A stretch of DNA of 63,052 bases, counting the filler, from Octopus bimaculoides (Eukaryota): assembly GCF_001194135.2 (NCBI RefSeq). It is 9 parts of 6 records of this genome, joined end to end, with 100 filler letters (N's around TTAATTAATTAA, not from the genome) between each part and the next. Parts side by side here need not be neighbours in the genome. Positions count along the whole stretch, not along the records: positions 60,702 to 63,052 come from NC_068984.1; 8 more parts are not named here. The stretch is one strand, 5' to 3'. Position 1 is the first letter of the stretch, and each line of letters opens with the position of its first letter. Under the pieces are notes generated by a model. The model searched no databases and was not told the DNA's origin. It saw nothing but the letters and a program-made list of their open reading frames with translations. A program made the position numbers and the translations under genes. Positions 61,924 to 63,052 of the stretch are shown here, piece after piece.

Positions 61924-62233
61924 ATATATATAAATAATACAAAATGGGACAAGAACGCAAAACATCCAGACAGGTGATACAAGAAAAGGACAACAAAACA
62001 TCCATATAGACGATACAAAGAAAACAAGGACAGGTCATTCAGAGTTTTCTTTCATCTGTTGAGTTCCAGATCATCTTTTGAATTTTGGCTGGTTATACTT
62101 GAGATCGTTCCAATTGGAGCAATCTTGTTTTCTTTGTATCGTCTATATGGATGTTTTGTTGTTCCTTTCTTGTATCACCTAACTGTCTGGATGTTTTGCG
62201 TTCTTGTCCCATTTTGTATTATTTATATATATA
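61924..62233. repeat. Long inverted repeat: ~105-110 bp arms, ~95-nt spacer, bounded by (TA)n
   Basis: aaataatacaaaatgggacaagaacgcaaaacatccagacag...gacgatacaaagaaaacaag at 61924-62028 is mirrored at 62124-62233 with one 4-nt indel and few substitutions. Confidence 0.9.
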
Positions 62234-62254
62234 TATATATGTATATATATATGT

Positions 62255-62285
<31 letters not shown>

Positions 62286-62412
62286 NNNNNNNNNNNNNNN
62301 NNNNNNNNNNNNNNNNNNNNNNNNNNNNNNNNNNNNNNNNNNNNNNNNNNNNNNNNNNNNNNNNNNNNNNNNNNNNNNATATATATGGATATATATGTAT
62401 GTATGTATGTAT

Positions 62413-62480
<68 letters not shown>

Positions 62481-62499
62481 GTGTACATATATATGCATT

Positions 62500-62930
62500 T
62501 ATTTATTTATGCATTTCAGCCAAGTGGTTGCGTTCTTGCTGGAGCACCACCGTGACTTTCCGTCTTTATGCTGTGCTCTCTGCACATTCCTTGCATGGCT
62601 CTTCTCCAGCAGCTGATGTAGTCCAATCAAGACTTTCGATGGCACATCTAGTGTATAAGAGAATTTGACATCGCTGCCCTCAACTGTGTCTCATTTCGAG
62701 CTATCGGTTCCTCTGATATCGTGGATAGGAAAGTGTCGTGTTTTGTTTTGAAGACCTCTACATCCATGTCTTGCAGGTCTCTCAATTGTTTTGGCAGGGC
62801 ACTAAAGAGCTGAGGTTCTCTGAAACCGAGGCTGTTGCAATACCTTGTTTTTACGTGAGATGCAGTGGACGGTACCCTTGGTACTATGCAGTGGTGACCT
62901 CTGTGGGCATTCGTATCGCACTTGATGCCA
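62500..62930 (-). mobile_element. CR1 LINE 3' fragment including 3' terminus
   Basis: KTRYCNSLGFREPQLFSALPKQLRDLQDMDVEVFKTK..EEPIARNETQLRAAMSNSLIH; terminus ggtggtgctccagcaagaacgcaaccacttggctgaaatgc(ataa)n. Confidence 0.75.
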
Positions 62931-63052
62931 AAGTTTATATATATATATAACCCAACCTCCCAACCTGGCGCGTTCCCTTGCTCCCGCCCACGCTGCCGCA
63001 CTTGCCCTTACCTCTCCAACACCACCCTCCTCACCAGCACCCATCACCGACC

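Overview
AT-rich, gap-ridden eukaryotic genomic DNA. The SINE families, extreme microsatellite load and gene style point to a coleoid cephalopod, probably Octopus (inference, not database-confirmed). Only one host gene is clearly recognisable: three consecutive minus-strand coding exons (36838-36402, 34775-34625, 33301-33138) of an ENTPD4/ENTPD7-like apyrase, with canonical GT-AG sites, compatible phases and apyrase conserved regions 1-3. Its ATG exon and 3' exons were not found. Most of the rest is transposon-derived: an L1/Tx1 LINE (gag-like ORF1 plus APE), a decayed RTE LINE, three R4/Dong-type RLE LINE fragments, CR1 pieces, Penelope 3' ends, Tc1/mariner, pogo and hAT elements and MITEs, a probable solo LTR, a Helitron-like element and dozens of tRNA-derived SINEs. 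Eight 44N-TTAATTAATTAA-44N blocks are assembly linkers, so adjacency across them is unproven. Observations most worth following up: (i) recurrent minimal hammerhead-ribozyme-like motifs, nearly intact at 32445-32488 and decayed at about six other sites, two downstream of Penelope C-termini and one in a tRNA-headed SINE; (ii) an R4-type LINE embedded in (TACA)n; (iii) highly structured 5' UTRs on the Tx1 and RTE LINEs; (iv) several long hairpins that could be ADAR substrates; (v) an inverted SINE pair bracketing two ENTPD exons that would back-splice into a stop-free 588-nt circle. Most ORF-track entries are microsatellite or N-gap artefacts.
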